Source: an uncultured Alphaproteobacteria bacterium (GTDB lineage: Bacteria; Electryoneota; RPQS01). From it: 64,000 bases of DNA. Shown here in pieces: positions 37,884 to 46,277 of this stretch. The position numbers were made by a program, and so were the translations under genes. Position 1 is the stretch's first letter, and the number at the start of each line of letters is the position of its first letter. The notes beneath the pieces are model-generated. The model was not told where the DNA came from. It saw only the letters and a list, made by a program, of their open reading frames with translations, and searched no databases. The stretch is taken from the NCBI GenBank assembly GCA_964406405.1, contig CAYORN010000004.1, positions 136,163-200,162 on the forward strand, written 5' to 3'.

Positions 37884-38087
37884 CGCCGAGTCGGGTTAGC
37901 GCGCGAGACTCAATCACCATCCGAGAATCAAACCGCGTGTTACCCAGCCATCGCCGAGTCGGGTTAGCGCATGAGACTCAATCATCATCCGAGAGTCAAA
38001 CCGCGCGTTACCCAGCCCTCGCCGAGTCGGGTTAGTGCATGAGACTCAATCATCATCCGAGAATCAAACCGCGCGTTACCCGACCGG
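37884..38087. repeat. Tandem repeat, 3 x 68 bp, in the convergent intergenic region between mtgA and lpd
   Basis: Units at 37884-37951, 37952-38019 and 38020-38087, differing at about 6 of 68 positions. Consensus: cgccgagtcgggttagcgcRYgagactcaatcaYcatccgagaRtcaaaccgcgYgttacccagccNt. Each unit contains a gagtc...gactc inverted pair. Confidence 0.9.
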
Positions 38088-38107
38088 AATCTGAGACCCC
38101 GCCGAAA

Positions 38108-39574
38108 CTACATGTGTATCGCGCGCTTGCCCGTCGCATCCAGACACGCTTCCCGGAACGCTTCGGTGAACGTCGGATGCGCGTGCGAGATGCGGGCGAT
38201 GTCTTCGGCGCTGGCGCGGTACTCTAACGCCACCACCGCTTCGGCGATCATGTCGGCCGTTCTCGCGCCGATCATGTGCACGCCGAGAATTTCATCCGTC
38301 TGTTTGTCGGCGAGGACCTTGACGAGGCCTTCGCTCTCGTTCGCGGCGCGCGCGCGGCCCAAGGGCTTATAGGAAAACGCGCCCACCTTGTACTCTCGTC
38401 CCATCCGCTTCAGGTCCTCTTCGGAATAGCCGACGCTCGCGACTTCCGGCCATGTATAAACGACGTTGGGAATCGCATTATAATTGATGTGCGGCTTCTG
38501 CCCGGCCATCCGCTCCGCAACGTAGATCCCTTCCTCTTCGGCTTTGTGCGCGAGCATTGCTCCGCCGATCACGTCTCCTATCGCAAAGACTCCCGGCACG
38601 GACGTTTCCAGATTCTTATTCACCCGAACAAAACCGCCCTTGTCAATGGCCACGCCGATCTTCTCTAAGCCGAGATTATCCGTGTACGGCCTCCGTCCCA
38701 CCGCCACCAAACAATAATCGGCTTCCAATTCGGTCGTAGGGGCCGATTGCATCGCCCGGTTTTCGGCAACCACTTTCACTCGCTCGCCACGCACCTCAAT
38801 ATTCTTCACCTGATGGCTGAGGTAGAACTTCATCCCTAACTTGGTGAGCGAGCGCTGCAGCTCCTTGCCCATCGTGCCGTCCATCGTGGGAATCACGGAA
38901 CCCAATAGCTCGACAACGCTGACCTTGGTGCCGAGCCGTTGAAACACGGAGCCCATCTCCACGCCGATCACGCCCGCGCCAATCACGATCATCTCCCCCG
39001 GCACATCTGCCAGTGAGAGCGCTTCGGTCGAACTGATGATCCGCTTTTTGTCAAGCGGCGCAAACGGCAGACTCATCGGCTTCGATCCGGTCGCAATGAT
39101 CACCCGCTTCGTTTCGATTCTTTTCTCCCCTCCGTTTACGGGGGATGGGGGGTCTTCCGTCCCCCTGCTTGCGGGGGGATTGAGGGGGGTGGGGGGCGGG
39201 GTAATCGCAATCGTCTGCGCATCCACAAAGCTCGCGTGCCCTTCGAACGCATCAATCTTGTTCTTGGTCATCAAGTATTTGATGCCGGAGTTCGAATCCG
39301 CGACGACTTTATCTTTCCGCTTCTGCATCTGCGGCCAGTTCACGGCCAGCCCCTTCACGTCAATCCCGTGCGTGGCGAAGTGGGTTTTCGCGTTATAGAA
39401 CAGTTCCGAGGAATCGAGCAGCGCCTTGGACGGAATGCAGCCGACGTTGAGGCACGTCCCGCCCAGCGTCGGATAGCGTTCGATGATCGCCGTCTTCATC
39501 CCCAGCTGCGCGCACCGGATCGCCGCCACATACCCTCCGGGGCCAGAACCGATGACAGTTACGTCGTACGTCAT
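38108..39574 (-). CDS. lpdA: Dihydrolipoyl dehydrogenase (E3), copy 2, carrying a ~27-aa Pro/Gly-rich insertion
   Basis: 488 aa with GSGPGGYVAA, the redox-active GGTCLNVGCIPS and HAHPTFTE. Relative to copy 1 and canonical Lpd, it has extra sequence ...ITPPPTPLNPPASRGTEDPPSPVNGGEKR... just before the conserved (V/I)IIATGS block. Confidence 0.95.
   Translation of the reverse strand: MTYDVTVIGSGPGGYVAAIRCAQLGMKTAIIERYPTLGGTCLNVGCIPSKALLDSSELFYNAKTHFATHGIDVKGLAVNWPQMQKRKDKVVADSNSGIKYLMTKNKIDAFEGHASFVDAQTIAITPPPTPLNPPASRGTEDPPSPVNGGEKRIETKRVIIATGSKPMSLPFAPLDKKRIISSTEALSLADVPGEMIVIGAGVIGVEMGSVFQRLGTKVSVVELLGSVIPTMDGTMGKELQRSLTKLGMKFYLSHQVKNIEVRGERVKVVAENRAMQSAPTTELEADYCLVAVGRRPYTDNLGLEKIGVAIDKGGFVRVNKNLETSVPGVFAIGDVIGGAMLAHKAEEEGIYVAERMAGQKPHINYNAIPNVVYTWPEVASVGYSEEDLKRMGREYKVGAFSYKPLGRARAANESEGLVKVLADKQTDEILGVHMIGARTADMIAEAVVALEYRASAEDIARISHAHPTFTEAFREACLDATGKRAIHM
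39121..39202. repeat. G-tract/C-tract hairpin-rich repeat element embedded in frame inside lpd copy 2
   Basis: ttttctcccctccgtttacgggggatggggggtcttccgtccccctgcttgcggggggattgaggggggtggggggcgggg. Several G5-6/C5-6 mini-hairpins. It resembles the intergenic elements at 50460-50505 and 51369-51445 (shared tctcccc...gggggat...gggggtggggg layout). Confidence 0.6.
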
Positions 39575-40033
39575 TTGTTATTCAAAGTGAAGAAGCTGAC
39601 AAGCCGACACGCTGAGAGGCCGACATCCGAAAACTGACCGGAGAGTGAAAGAAAAATTAAATTTGACCAAACGAAATGGGGTTAATTCCAGCACCGAATA
39701 AGTTTATGCGCGAATTGTTGCGCCTGATTTGGGCGGTTTTGGGGCCAAAATTAGCCGAAAACAGGTCTGAAAACGCATTAATGATCTGTATTTTGTAAGT
39801 TGTTGGTTATTCTCAGTCAGGAGTGTTCAGTTTGTTAATCCAATATATGCATATTTGTTCAAAAAGTCAAGTAGGGGCAGGAATGTTAAGAAGATGGGAA
39901 ACAGGAAATTGGAAATCAGACACACGAAAAGGTCGAGAGGTATTGTCTCTGCCAGATGATTGATTCAGTCAGAATTTGGTTCATTCACAGGACAGAAGTG
40001 ACTGGACTGGCTGTGCAAGCAACCCTCACGCGA

Positions 40034-40534
40034 TTACGTGCTATAGGGCATGCATTTCACATAGCTGACAAGAACGCCAAAGCTGCCATTCAAATCTCGA
40101 CCAGCAGTAACTCCGATTGAGAAAGGCGGGTCATTCCATTTCCACTCTAACATTCTGTGAGGTTGTCCCCACGGATCGACAATCGTCGTATCCGACGATT
40201 GAGTTCCATAATTTGACTGAACGGCGGAAATGACGGAGTCCAAAGGTGTGTCCGTTAGCGTATAGCCAACCCAACAAAGTGTCTTTGAGGATCTCCCGAA
40301 TACAAATTCTATCTCAACTCTCTCGCCGAAAACCTCGGTCCGGGCGAAAGTAGTAATTTCTCCCTCACGGCGAATGTCGCCGAAAGCCGCCTTCAGTTTA
40401 GTCTCAACATCCAAGCGTTTCGCGCCGAACTTAATTCCTTGCCAGTCGGACGGAGGAGGAATGTTGGGCGCATCAGCCGCCTGTGTCAACAAACACGACA
40501 AAACGCCCAAGAGGGCGACATATAGTACTCTCAT
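40034..40534 (-). CDS. Secreted hypothetical protein
   Basis: Signal peptide MRVLYVALLGVLSCLLTQAADA. No recognisable motif. An ATGA overlap with the upstream 98-aa gene suggests translational coupling. Low GC. Confidence 0.5.
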   Translation of the reverse strand: MRVLYVALLGVLSCLLTQAADAPNIPPPSDWQGIKFGAKRLDVETKLKAAFGDIRREGEITTFARTEVFGERVEIEFVFGRSSKTLCWVGYTLTDTPLDSVISAVQSNYGTQSSDTTIVDPWGQPHRMLEWKWNDPPFSIGVTAGRDLNGSFGVLVSYVKCMPYST

Positions 40535-40827
40535 GGCTTCACTTTTCTCCATTCCTGATTGGAAGTGGTTCTGCCCAACAAGTTTCGCGACTTCGACCGC
40601 CCAAGTCTTTCGATAAATTCATCTTCATAGCGCGTCAACGCCTTTCCGATCAGCCCATGCAAGGTGGTCAAGGGACGATGAGTCCGCTTTTCATAGAGGG
40701 CGAGTAGGTCGCTGACATAGCGATCAGGGAAGGCCAGCATCAGCTTGCGGATAAACTCATGCGAGGAGAATTCATTGCCCATGGACGCGAGGACATCAAG
40801 CATAAGTGATTTTTGAGTGGACTTCAT
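40531..40827 (-). CDS. Small hypothetical protein (98 aa)
   Basis: MKSTQKSLMLDVLASMGNEFSSHEFIRKLMLAFPDRYVSDLLALYEK... is a helical small protein and no family is assigned with confidence. Low GC. Confidence 0.45.
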   Translation of the reverse strand: MKSTQKSLMLDVLASMGNEFSSHEFIRKLMLAFPDRYVSDLLALYEKRTHRPLTTLHGLIGKALTRYEDEFIERLGRSKSRNLLGRTTSNQEWRKVKP

Positions 40828-40861
40828 GTGATTTCTCTTCCACCGCCAGAGCGGTTATTCC

Positions 40862-41265
40862 TTGGAGGACGGGCGATGCAATCAGCCCCTACGGGATTAC
40901 TCTTGTTTTGTCATCCTGACCGTCTGCGGGAAGGATCTCAGCTTCGAGGCAATGACCGGGCTATTACTTCTCGCATGCAATGAAACACATTCTAAGCGCG
41001 GCAGGTAAGCAGAGATTCTTCAGGCCATAAGAATGGCCTTCAGAATGACAAAGGAAAGAATAGCCGTGTAGCACTTCGGAAGGCGGGGATGCAATCGGCC
41101 CCTACGGCAGTGCTCTTCGTTTGTCATCCTGACCGTCTTCGGGAAGGATCTCAGCTTCGAGGCTATGACCGGATTGTCACTTCTCGCATGCAATGAAACA
41201 CATTCTAAGCCCGGCAGGTAAGCAGAGATTCTTCAGGCCGTAAGAATGGCCTTCAGAATGACAAA
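40862..41265. repeat. Two tandem ~213-bp copies of a palindromic (MITE-like) element
   Basis: The copies start at gatgcaatc (40875 and 41088) and are identical at roughly nine in ten positions by eye. Each contains ttgtcatcctga..gaaggatctc and, about 100 nt later, its imperfect reverse complement gagattcttc..tcagaatgacaa. Confidence 0.85.
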
Positions 41266-41322
41266 CGGGGGCGCGGCAAGGGGGCTGAGATCCTTCACCT
41301 GCGAAGCCCTGAAGACGCAGGT

Positions 41323-41712
41323 TTAGGATGACAAACTGCTATTTCCCGACTTGGTTTTGTGGATCTCTGCCAGTTTCCGCTCGGATTCCGTTAGCTCCGC
41401 GAACCATTCTTCAGCGCGGTCTTTCCAGCCGGGATTCACCGCTTCGATCAGCGCCACCTTTTTCGAACGCCGCCAACCCTTGATTTGCTTTTCGCGTGCG
41501 ATGGCTTGCTGGATGTATTGATGCTTTTCGAAATAGACTAAGCGCTGCACATTGTAATGAGAACTGAAGCCTTCATTCGTCTTCGTCTTGTGCTCGATTA
41601 TTCGCCGCTCAATATTGTCCGTCACGCCAACATACAATACGCGCGTTTTCGACGCCAGTATATAGACCCAATAATGATGTTCTTTCACAAGCCCACTCCT
41701 AAGACTTGTCAT
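41323..41712 (-). CDS. GIY-YIG nuclease family protein (UPF0213/YhbQ-like)
   Basis: HYWVYILASKTRVLYVGVTDNIERRIIEHKTKTNEGFSSHYNVQRLVYFEKHQYIQQAIAREKQIKGWRRSKKVALI is the canonical GIY..YVG..R..EH..E..K motif series. Both the start and stop codons lie inside GTCATCCT repeat motifs. Confidence 0.85.
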   Translation of the reverse strand: MTSLRSGLVKEHHYWVYILASKTRVLYVGVTDNIERRIIEHKTKTNEGFSSHYNVQRLVYFEKHQYIQQAIAREKQIKGWRRSKKVALIEAVNPGWKDRAEEWFAELTESERKLAEIHKTKSGNSSLSS

Positions 41713-41968
41713 CCTGAACCCCTAAGTCTTCGAGGGGGTGAAGGATCTCGGCTTCGAGGCTATGACCGGACTAGTTCTTCAGGCAATTGAAAACATATTC
41801 CAAGCAGCGCACGGGGGCTGAGATTCTTCACCTGCGAAGCGCCAAGACGCAGATTCAGAATGACAAGACGGGGGCGCGGCACGGGGGCTGAGATTCTTCA
41901 CGTTCTCCTCGGACCAATACCCCGGAGGGTATTGGCTAGTGAGCGGAACGTTCAGAATGACAAAACCA
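41701..41968. repeat. Further copies of the GTCATCCTGA...GAAGGATCTC / GAGATTCTTC...TCAGAATGACAA palindromic repeat family
   Basis: A forward-type copy at ~41706-41745 is followed by ggcttcgaggctatgaccgg, as in the 213-bp units. Reverse-type copies lie at ~41818-41868 and ~41884-41965. One more reverse-type copy lies at 41285-41337. Confidence 0.7.
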
Positions 41969-41982
41969 AGAGGACTCTTTTT

Positions 41983-42010
41983 CAAGTTTCAAGTTTCAAG
42001 TTTCAAGTTT
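41983..42010. repeat. Heptamer tandem repeat (caagttt) x4 abutting the sucB stop codon
   Basis: caagtttcaagtttcaagtttcaagttt. The last 2 nt are part of the sucB stop codon (TAA on the minus strand at 42009-42011). Confidence 0.9.
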
Positions 42011-43256
42011 AGATTCTGAGCATCAATCTCATCGGGTCTTCGACGAGTTCTTTGATGCGGACGAGGAAGCCGACGGATTCGCGGCCGTCAATGACGCGAT
42101 GGTCATAGCTCACGGCGACGTACATCATCGGGCGGATCTCGATTTGATCGTTGACGGCGACGGGACGCTTGACGATGTTGTGCATGCCGAGGATGCCGGA
42201 CTGCGGCGGATTCAGAATCGGCGTGGACATCAGCGAGCCGAACACGCCGCCATTGGAAATCGTGAACGTGCCGCCGGTCATCTCGTCAATCGTGAGCTGA
42301 TTGTTGCGCGCGCGGGAGGCCAACCGCTCGATCTCGATTTCGATCTGGCCGAACGAGAGCGATTCCGCATTGCGAATCACCGGCACAACCAATCCCTTCG
42401 GCGCCTGCACCGCGATCCCCATGTCCACGTAATCATGATAGACCAACTCGCCGCCGTCAATCATTGCGTTCACCGCGGGGAATTGCTCGATCGCGCCGAC
42501 CACGGCCTTGACGAAGAACGACATGAAGCCGAGGCTGACCTGATGCTTCTCCTTGAACCGCTCTTTGAACTTCGCCCGCAGCGCCATCACGTTCGTCATA
42601 TCAATCTCGTTGAACGTGGTGAGCATCGCGGTCTGATTTTTCGCCGCGACTAAACGTTCGGCTGCCTTTAACCGCAGCGCGGAGAGTTTTTGACGGCGCT
42701 CGGTGCGCTGACCCATTGACACGACGCGCGGCGCGGACACGGGCACAGCACGCTGTGCCCCTACGGCCGTCGGTGCGGGTTGCGGTTGAAATTTCAGCGC
42801 ATCTTCTTTCGTGATCCGTCCACCACGTCCCGAGCCATTAATATCTTCCGGCCGTAGGCCGCGCTCTTCCAGAATTTTTTTCGCCGCAACCGAGGGAATA
42901 GCCTTCGTGGGAACGTCAGCCGACACAGTTGGTGCCGGTGCCGGAGTTCGCGTTGGAGCGACCTGCGGTGGCGGAGGAGGTGCGGAAGACACACGGCCGT
43001 GTGCATCTACCCCAGCCTTTCCGGTCTCATCAATTGTTGCCGCGACGGTGCCGACGCGGACGGTTTCGCCCTGCTGCACCTTGATATGCAGCGTGCCGGC
43101 GGATTCCGCGGAGACGGACAGCGTGGCCTTGTCCGATTCAATCTCGAACAGCGGCTCGTCCTTCTCGACGTGATCGCCGTCCTGCTTGAGCCAGGCGGCC
43201 AGCGTGACTTCGGTAACGGATTCGCCGGGACTGGGTATAGTAATGTCTATTGGCAT
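42009..43256 (-). CDS. sucB: Dihydrolipoyllysine-residue succinyltransferase (2-oxoglutarate dehydrogenase E2)
   Basis: 415 aa with a lipoyl domain ([10 protein letters not shown]), a PSBD ([32 protein letters not shown]) and a catalytic domain ending DHRVIDGRE...LEDPMRLML. Confidence 0.95.
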   Translation of the reverse strand: MPIDITIPSPGESVTEVTLAAWLKQDGDHVEKDEPLFEIESDKATLSVSAESAGTLHIKVQQGETVRVGTVAATIDETGKAGVDAHGRVSSAPPPPPQVAPTRTPAPAPTVSADVPTKAIPSVAAKKILEERGLRPEDINGSGRGGRITKEDALKFQPQPAPTAVGAQRAVPVSAPRVVSMGQRTERRQKLSALRLKAAERLVAAKNQTAMLTTFNEIDMTNVMALRAKFKERFKEKHQVSLGFMSFFVKAVVGAIEQFPAVNAMIDGGELVYHDYVDMGIAVQAPKGLVVPVIRNAESLSFGQIEIEIERLASRARNNQLTIDEMTGGTFTISNGGVFGSLMSTPILNPPQSGILGMHNIVKRPVAVNDQIEIRPMMYVAVSYDHRVIDGRESVGFLVRIKELVEDPMRLMLRI

Positions 43257-43274
43257 CGAATGAAAATTGAGAGA

Positions 43275-45983
43275 TTACGAAAATGCGCGGTCGAGAATTT
43301 GCTTTTGCTCCAGCTCGTGCTGCTCGGAGAAACCGGTGGCGGTGGTGGCGGACTCTTTGCGGGAGATGCCTTCGAGCGGGCGCGGAAATTTGCGCATGAT
43401 AAATGTCAGCGCGCCCATGTTCTCCGGCTCTTCCTGCACCCAGATCCAGCGCTTGGCTTCGTGATATTTCGCGGCCAGCGCGTTCCATTGTTCGAGCGGC
43501 AGCGGATAGATCTGTTCCAGTCGCACAATCGCCACGTCAGCGCGATGCAGATCAATCTTCCGCTGAAGAAGTTCGTAATAAATCTTACCGGTGCAAAGCA
43601 GCATGCGCTGGATGACATGCGGATCGTCCACCACGTCGTCCAGCACCTCGCGAAAACGCGTGCCCGGACCGAACTCATCCAACTTGCTCACACAGAGCGG
43701 ATGACGTAACAGGCTCTTGGGTGTGAAGACCACGAGCGGCTTGCGGAAGGGACGAATCATCTGCCGCCGCAAGAGATGAAAGAGCTGCGCGGGCGTGGTG
43801 CAGTTCGCGATCTGCAGGTTGTTGTCGGCGCACAAACCGAGGAAGCGCTCCATGCGCGCCGAGGAGTGCTCCGGTCCCTGCCCTTCGTAGCCGTGCGGCA
43901 GGAACAGCGTCACGCCGTCCATCACTTTCCACTTGATCTCGCCGCTCGCGATGTACTGATCAATGATCGTCTGCGCTTCGTTGACGAAATCGCCGAATTG
44001 CGCTTCCCAGATCGTCAGCGCTTTCGGCGCGGCCATCGCATAGCCGTACTCGAAACCGAGCGCGCCGAACTCCGAGAGCAGCGAGTTGTAAATCCAGAAC
44101 GGGGCCTGATGCGGACTCACGTGGCGCAACGGCACGTACTCCTCTTCCGAGTCCTCGATAGTGACAACCGCATGACGATGCGAAAACGTGCCGCGCTCGG
44201 AGTCTTGCCCGCTGATGCGCACCGGATGACCTTCGTCGAGCAGCGTGGCATAAGCGAGATGCTCGCCCATCGCCCAGTCAAAGGTCTTCGTCTCTTCGAC
44301 CATCCTGCGTCGTTCGGCGAAGATTTTTTTTACCTTGTCGAAAAACTTCGGCCCTTCCGGAAGCGTGGTGATGTTGCGACCCAGCGCAATCAAACGATCC
44401 GTGTCCACGCCGGTTTCGGGCGACTCGCGAAAGTCGTCTTCGATGGCGGCGCGAAACCCCTTCCACGTGCGCTCCATAAAGGAGTGCGTGGGCTCGTCGG
44501 GCGTCTGCTTGGCGATGTCGAGCCGCTCCTGCAACGTCTGCCGAAATTCGTTCTCGATTTTCTTGACCACTTCCGGCGTGATCTGGCCCGATTCGACCAG
44601 CTTGTTGGCGTAGATCTCCGCGGGATTCGGATGCGTGGCGATGAGCTTGTAGAGTTTGGGTTGCGTGAAACGCGGCTCGTCGCCTTCGTTGTGCCCCCAC
44701 TTGCGGTAACCGAGAATATCAATGAACACGTCGCGCTGGAACTCCTGGCGGAATTCGAGCGCGAGGTCGATTGTGTAAACCACCGCTTCCACATCGTCAC
44801 CGTTCACATGGAACACAGGTGAGAGCGTGACCTTGCCGACGTCGGTGCAGTAGGTGCTTGACCGTCCATCAATGTAATTGGTGGTGAAACCGACTTGATT
44901 ATTCAGCACGACGTGCACGGTGCCGCCGGTCTTGTAGCCGTCAAGCAGCGACATCTGCAGCACCTCGTACACCACACCCTGCGCCGCAATTGAGGCGTCG
45001 CCGTGAATCAGGATCGGGGCAAGTTTGTGCAGGTCGGCGGAATACTTGTGATCCGATTTCGCGCGGACCATGCCTTCCACGACCGGATCCACCGCTTCGA
45101 GATGCGACGGGTTCGGGCAAAGACTTAGATGCACGCGCTTGCCGCCGGCCGTTAGCTTGTCCGTGGACCAGCCGAGGTGGTACTTCACGTCGCCGGCGAA
45201 ATCTACATCCGACGTGGCATGGCTTTCGAATTCGCGGAAGACGTTTTCGTACGGCTTGTCGAGCACGTTGGCGAGCAGATTCAAGCGGCCGCGGTGCGCC
45301 ATGCCGATGACAAATTCCTCGATCCCCATCTCCGCGCCGGACTCGACAATGGCGTCCATCGCCGGGATGAGGGACTCGACGCCTTCCAGCGAGAAGCGCT
45401 TCTGCCCGACGAAGCGGCTGTGCATGAACTTTTCGAACACCACTGCCTGAATGAGCTTGCGCAGGATGTAGAGTTTTTCGTCATGCGAATAGAAGCGGGT
45501 GTTGCGCGTGCTCTCCATCCGCCGCTGCAGCCAATCCATGATCTGCGGCGTGCGAATGTATTTGTATTCGACGCCGATCGAATGGCAATAGGTCTGCTCC
45601 AGCAGTTCCAGAATATCGCGCAGGGAAGCGGGACCGAGGCGGACTTCGTTGCCGGCTTGAAATACCGTGTCGAGATCGGCGTCGCTGAGGCCGAAGTTCT
45701 CGAGCACGAGCGGCTCGTCGTACTTGCGGCGCTCGCGCACCGGGTTGGTTTTGGTGAACAGGTGGCCGCGCTGGCGATACGCGCTGATCAGGCTGAGGAC
45801 CTTCCATTCCTTTTGGAGAATCTCCGGAACGACGGTCTCGCCGAACGTGGAGCGGGCAAAATCAAAACCCTCGAAGAACTTTCGCCAGCCATTGTCCAGG
45901 GAGGCGGGGTCATCGAGGTACTTCTGGTAGTACTCCTCCAAGACTTGCGGGTCGGCGTTGCCGATAAACGAAAATTTATCCAT
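43275..45983 (-). CDS. sucA: 2-oxoglutarate dehydrogenase E1 component
   Basis: 902 aa with N-terminal YLDDPASLDNGWRKFF, AYRQRGH, GMAHRGRLNLLANV, the TPP region HGDASIAAQGVVYE and QEEPENMG near the C-terminus. Confidence 0.95.
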   Translation of the reverse strand: MDKFSFIGNADPQVLEEYYQKYLDDPASLDNGWRKFFEGFDFARSTFGETVVPEILQKEWKVLSLISAYRQRGHLFTKTNPVRERRKYDEPLVLENFGLSDADLDTVFQAGNEVRLGPASLRDILELLEQTYCHSIGVEYKYIRTPQIMDWLQRRMESTRNTRFYSHDEKLYILRKLIQAVVFEKFMHSRFVGQKRFSLEGVESLIPAMDAIVESGAEMGIEEFVIGMAHRGRLNLLANVLDKPYENVFREFESHATSDVDFAGDVKYHLGWSTDKLTAGGKRVHLSLCPNPSHLEAVDPVVEGMVRAKSDHKYSADLHKLAPILIHGDASIAAQGVVYEVLQMSLLDGYKTGGTVHVVLNNQVGFTTNYIDGRSSTYCTDVGKVTLSPVFHVNGDDVEAVVYTIDLALEFRQEFQRDVFIDILGYRKWGHNEGDEPRFTQPKLYKLIATHPNPAEIYANKLVESGQITPEVVKKIENEFRQTLQERLDIAKQTPDEPTHSFMERTWKGFRAAIEDDFRESPETGVDTDRLIALGRNITTLPEGPKFFDKVKKIFAERRRMVEETKTFDWAMGEHLAYATLLDEGHPVRISGQDSERGTFSHRHAVVTIEDSEEEYVPLRHVSPHQAPFWIYNSLLSEFGALGFEYGYAMAAPKALTIWEAQFGDFVNEAQTIIDQYIASGEIKWKVMDGVTLFLPHGYEGQGPEHSSARMERFLGLCADNNLQIANCTTPAQLFHLLRRQMIRPFRKPLVVFTPKSLLRHPLCVSKLDEFGPGTRFREVLDDVVDDPHVIQRMLLCTGKIYYELLQRKIDLHRADVAIVRLEQIYPLPLEQWNALAAKYHEAKRWIWVQEEPENMGALTFIMRKFPRPLEGISRKESATTATGFSEQHELEQKQILDRAFS

Positions 45984-46045
45984 ATCTATTTGAAATACAG
46001 TGATTTAGGAAATGGCCTGTGCAGAGCCAAGTTGAGCGGAAACCT

Positions 46046-46074
46046 AAATTTAGGCAACTCCGCCGAGGATGTCA
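46046..46074 (-). promoter_or_regulatory. Candidate sigma70-like promoter of sucAB, with a 12-bp palindrome over the -10
   Basis: The minus strand reads TTGACA-17 nt-TAAATT. The perfect palindrome cctaaatttagg (46042-46053) overlaps the -10. Confidence 0.4.
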
Positions 46075-46206
46075 AATAGGAGTTGTCGCGTCTATGAAAG
46101 AACTCCTTGCCTCCTTATGCGTGGCGACCGGCAAATAGTATTTGTAAGCCCATGAAAAGTTTCGGCTTAGAATTATCCTAATTATTGCTTTTCATTGCTG
46201 AATGGC

Positions 46207-46234
46207 TTGACAAAGTGGTGATTGAGATTATATT
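46207..46234 (+). promoter_or_regulatory. Candidate sigma70-like promoter of the 1393-aa gene
   Basis: TTGACA-16 nt-TATATT, 44 nt upstream of the ATG at 46278. GAGGAAGG RBS. Confidence 0.45.
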
Positions 46235-46277
46235 CTCAATATAAGTTGGTCAGTTTATCAGGAAATCGAGGAAGGTC

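Noticed and set aside
37884-38087. Possibility that the 3 x 68-bp tandem repeat is a small CRISPR array.
   Set aside because: The units are directly adjacent with no unique spacers, 68 bp is too long for a CRISPR repeat, and no cas genes are in the window.
39575-40033. Possible tRNA, ncRNA or small ORF in the 460-bp ORF-free AT-rich stretch upstream of lpd copy 2.
   Set aside because: I could not find a cloverleaf, a conserved riboswitch-like core or a convincing small ORF with an RBS by eye. It most likely holds the promoter and 5' region of lpd plus island DNA. It would need an Rfam/Infernal scan.
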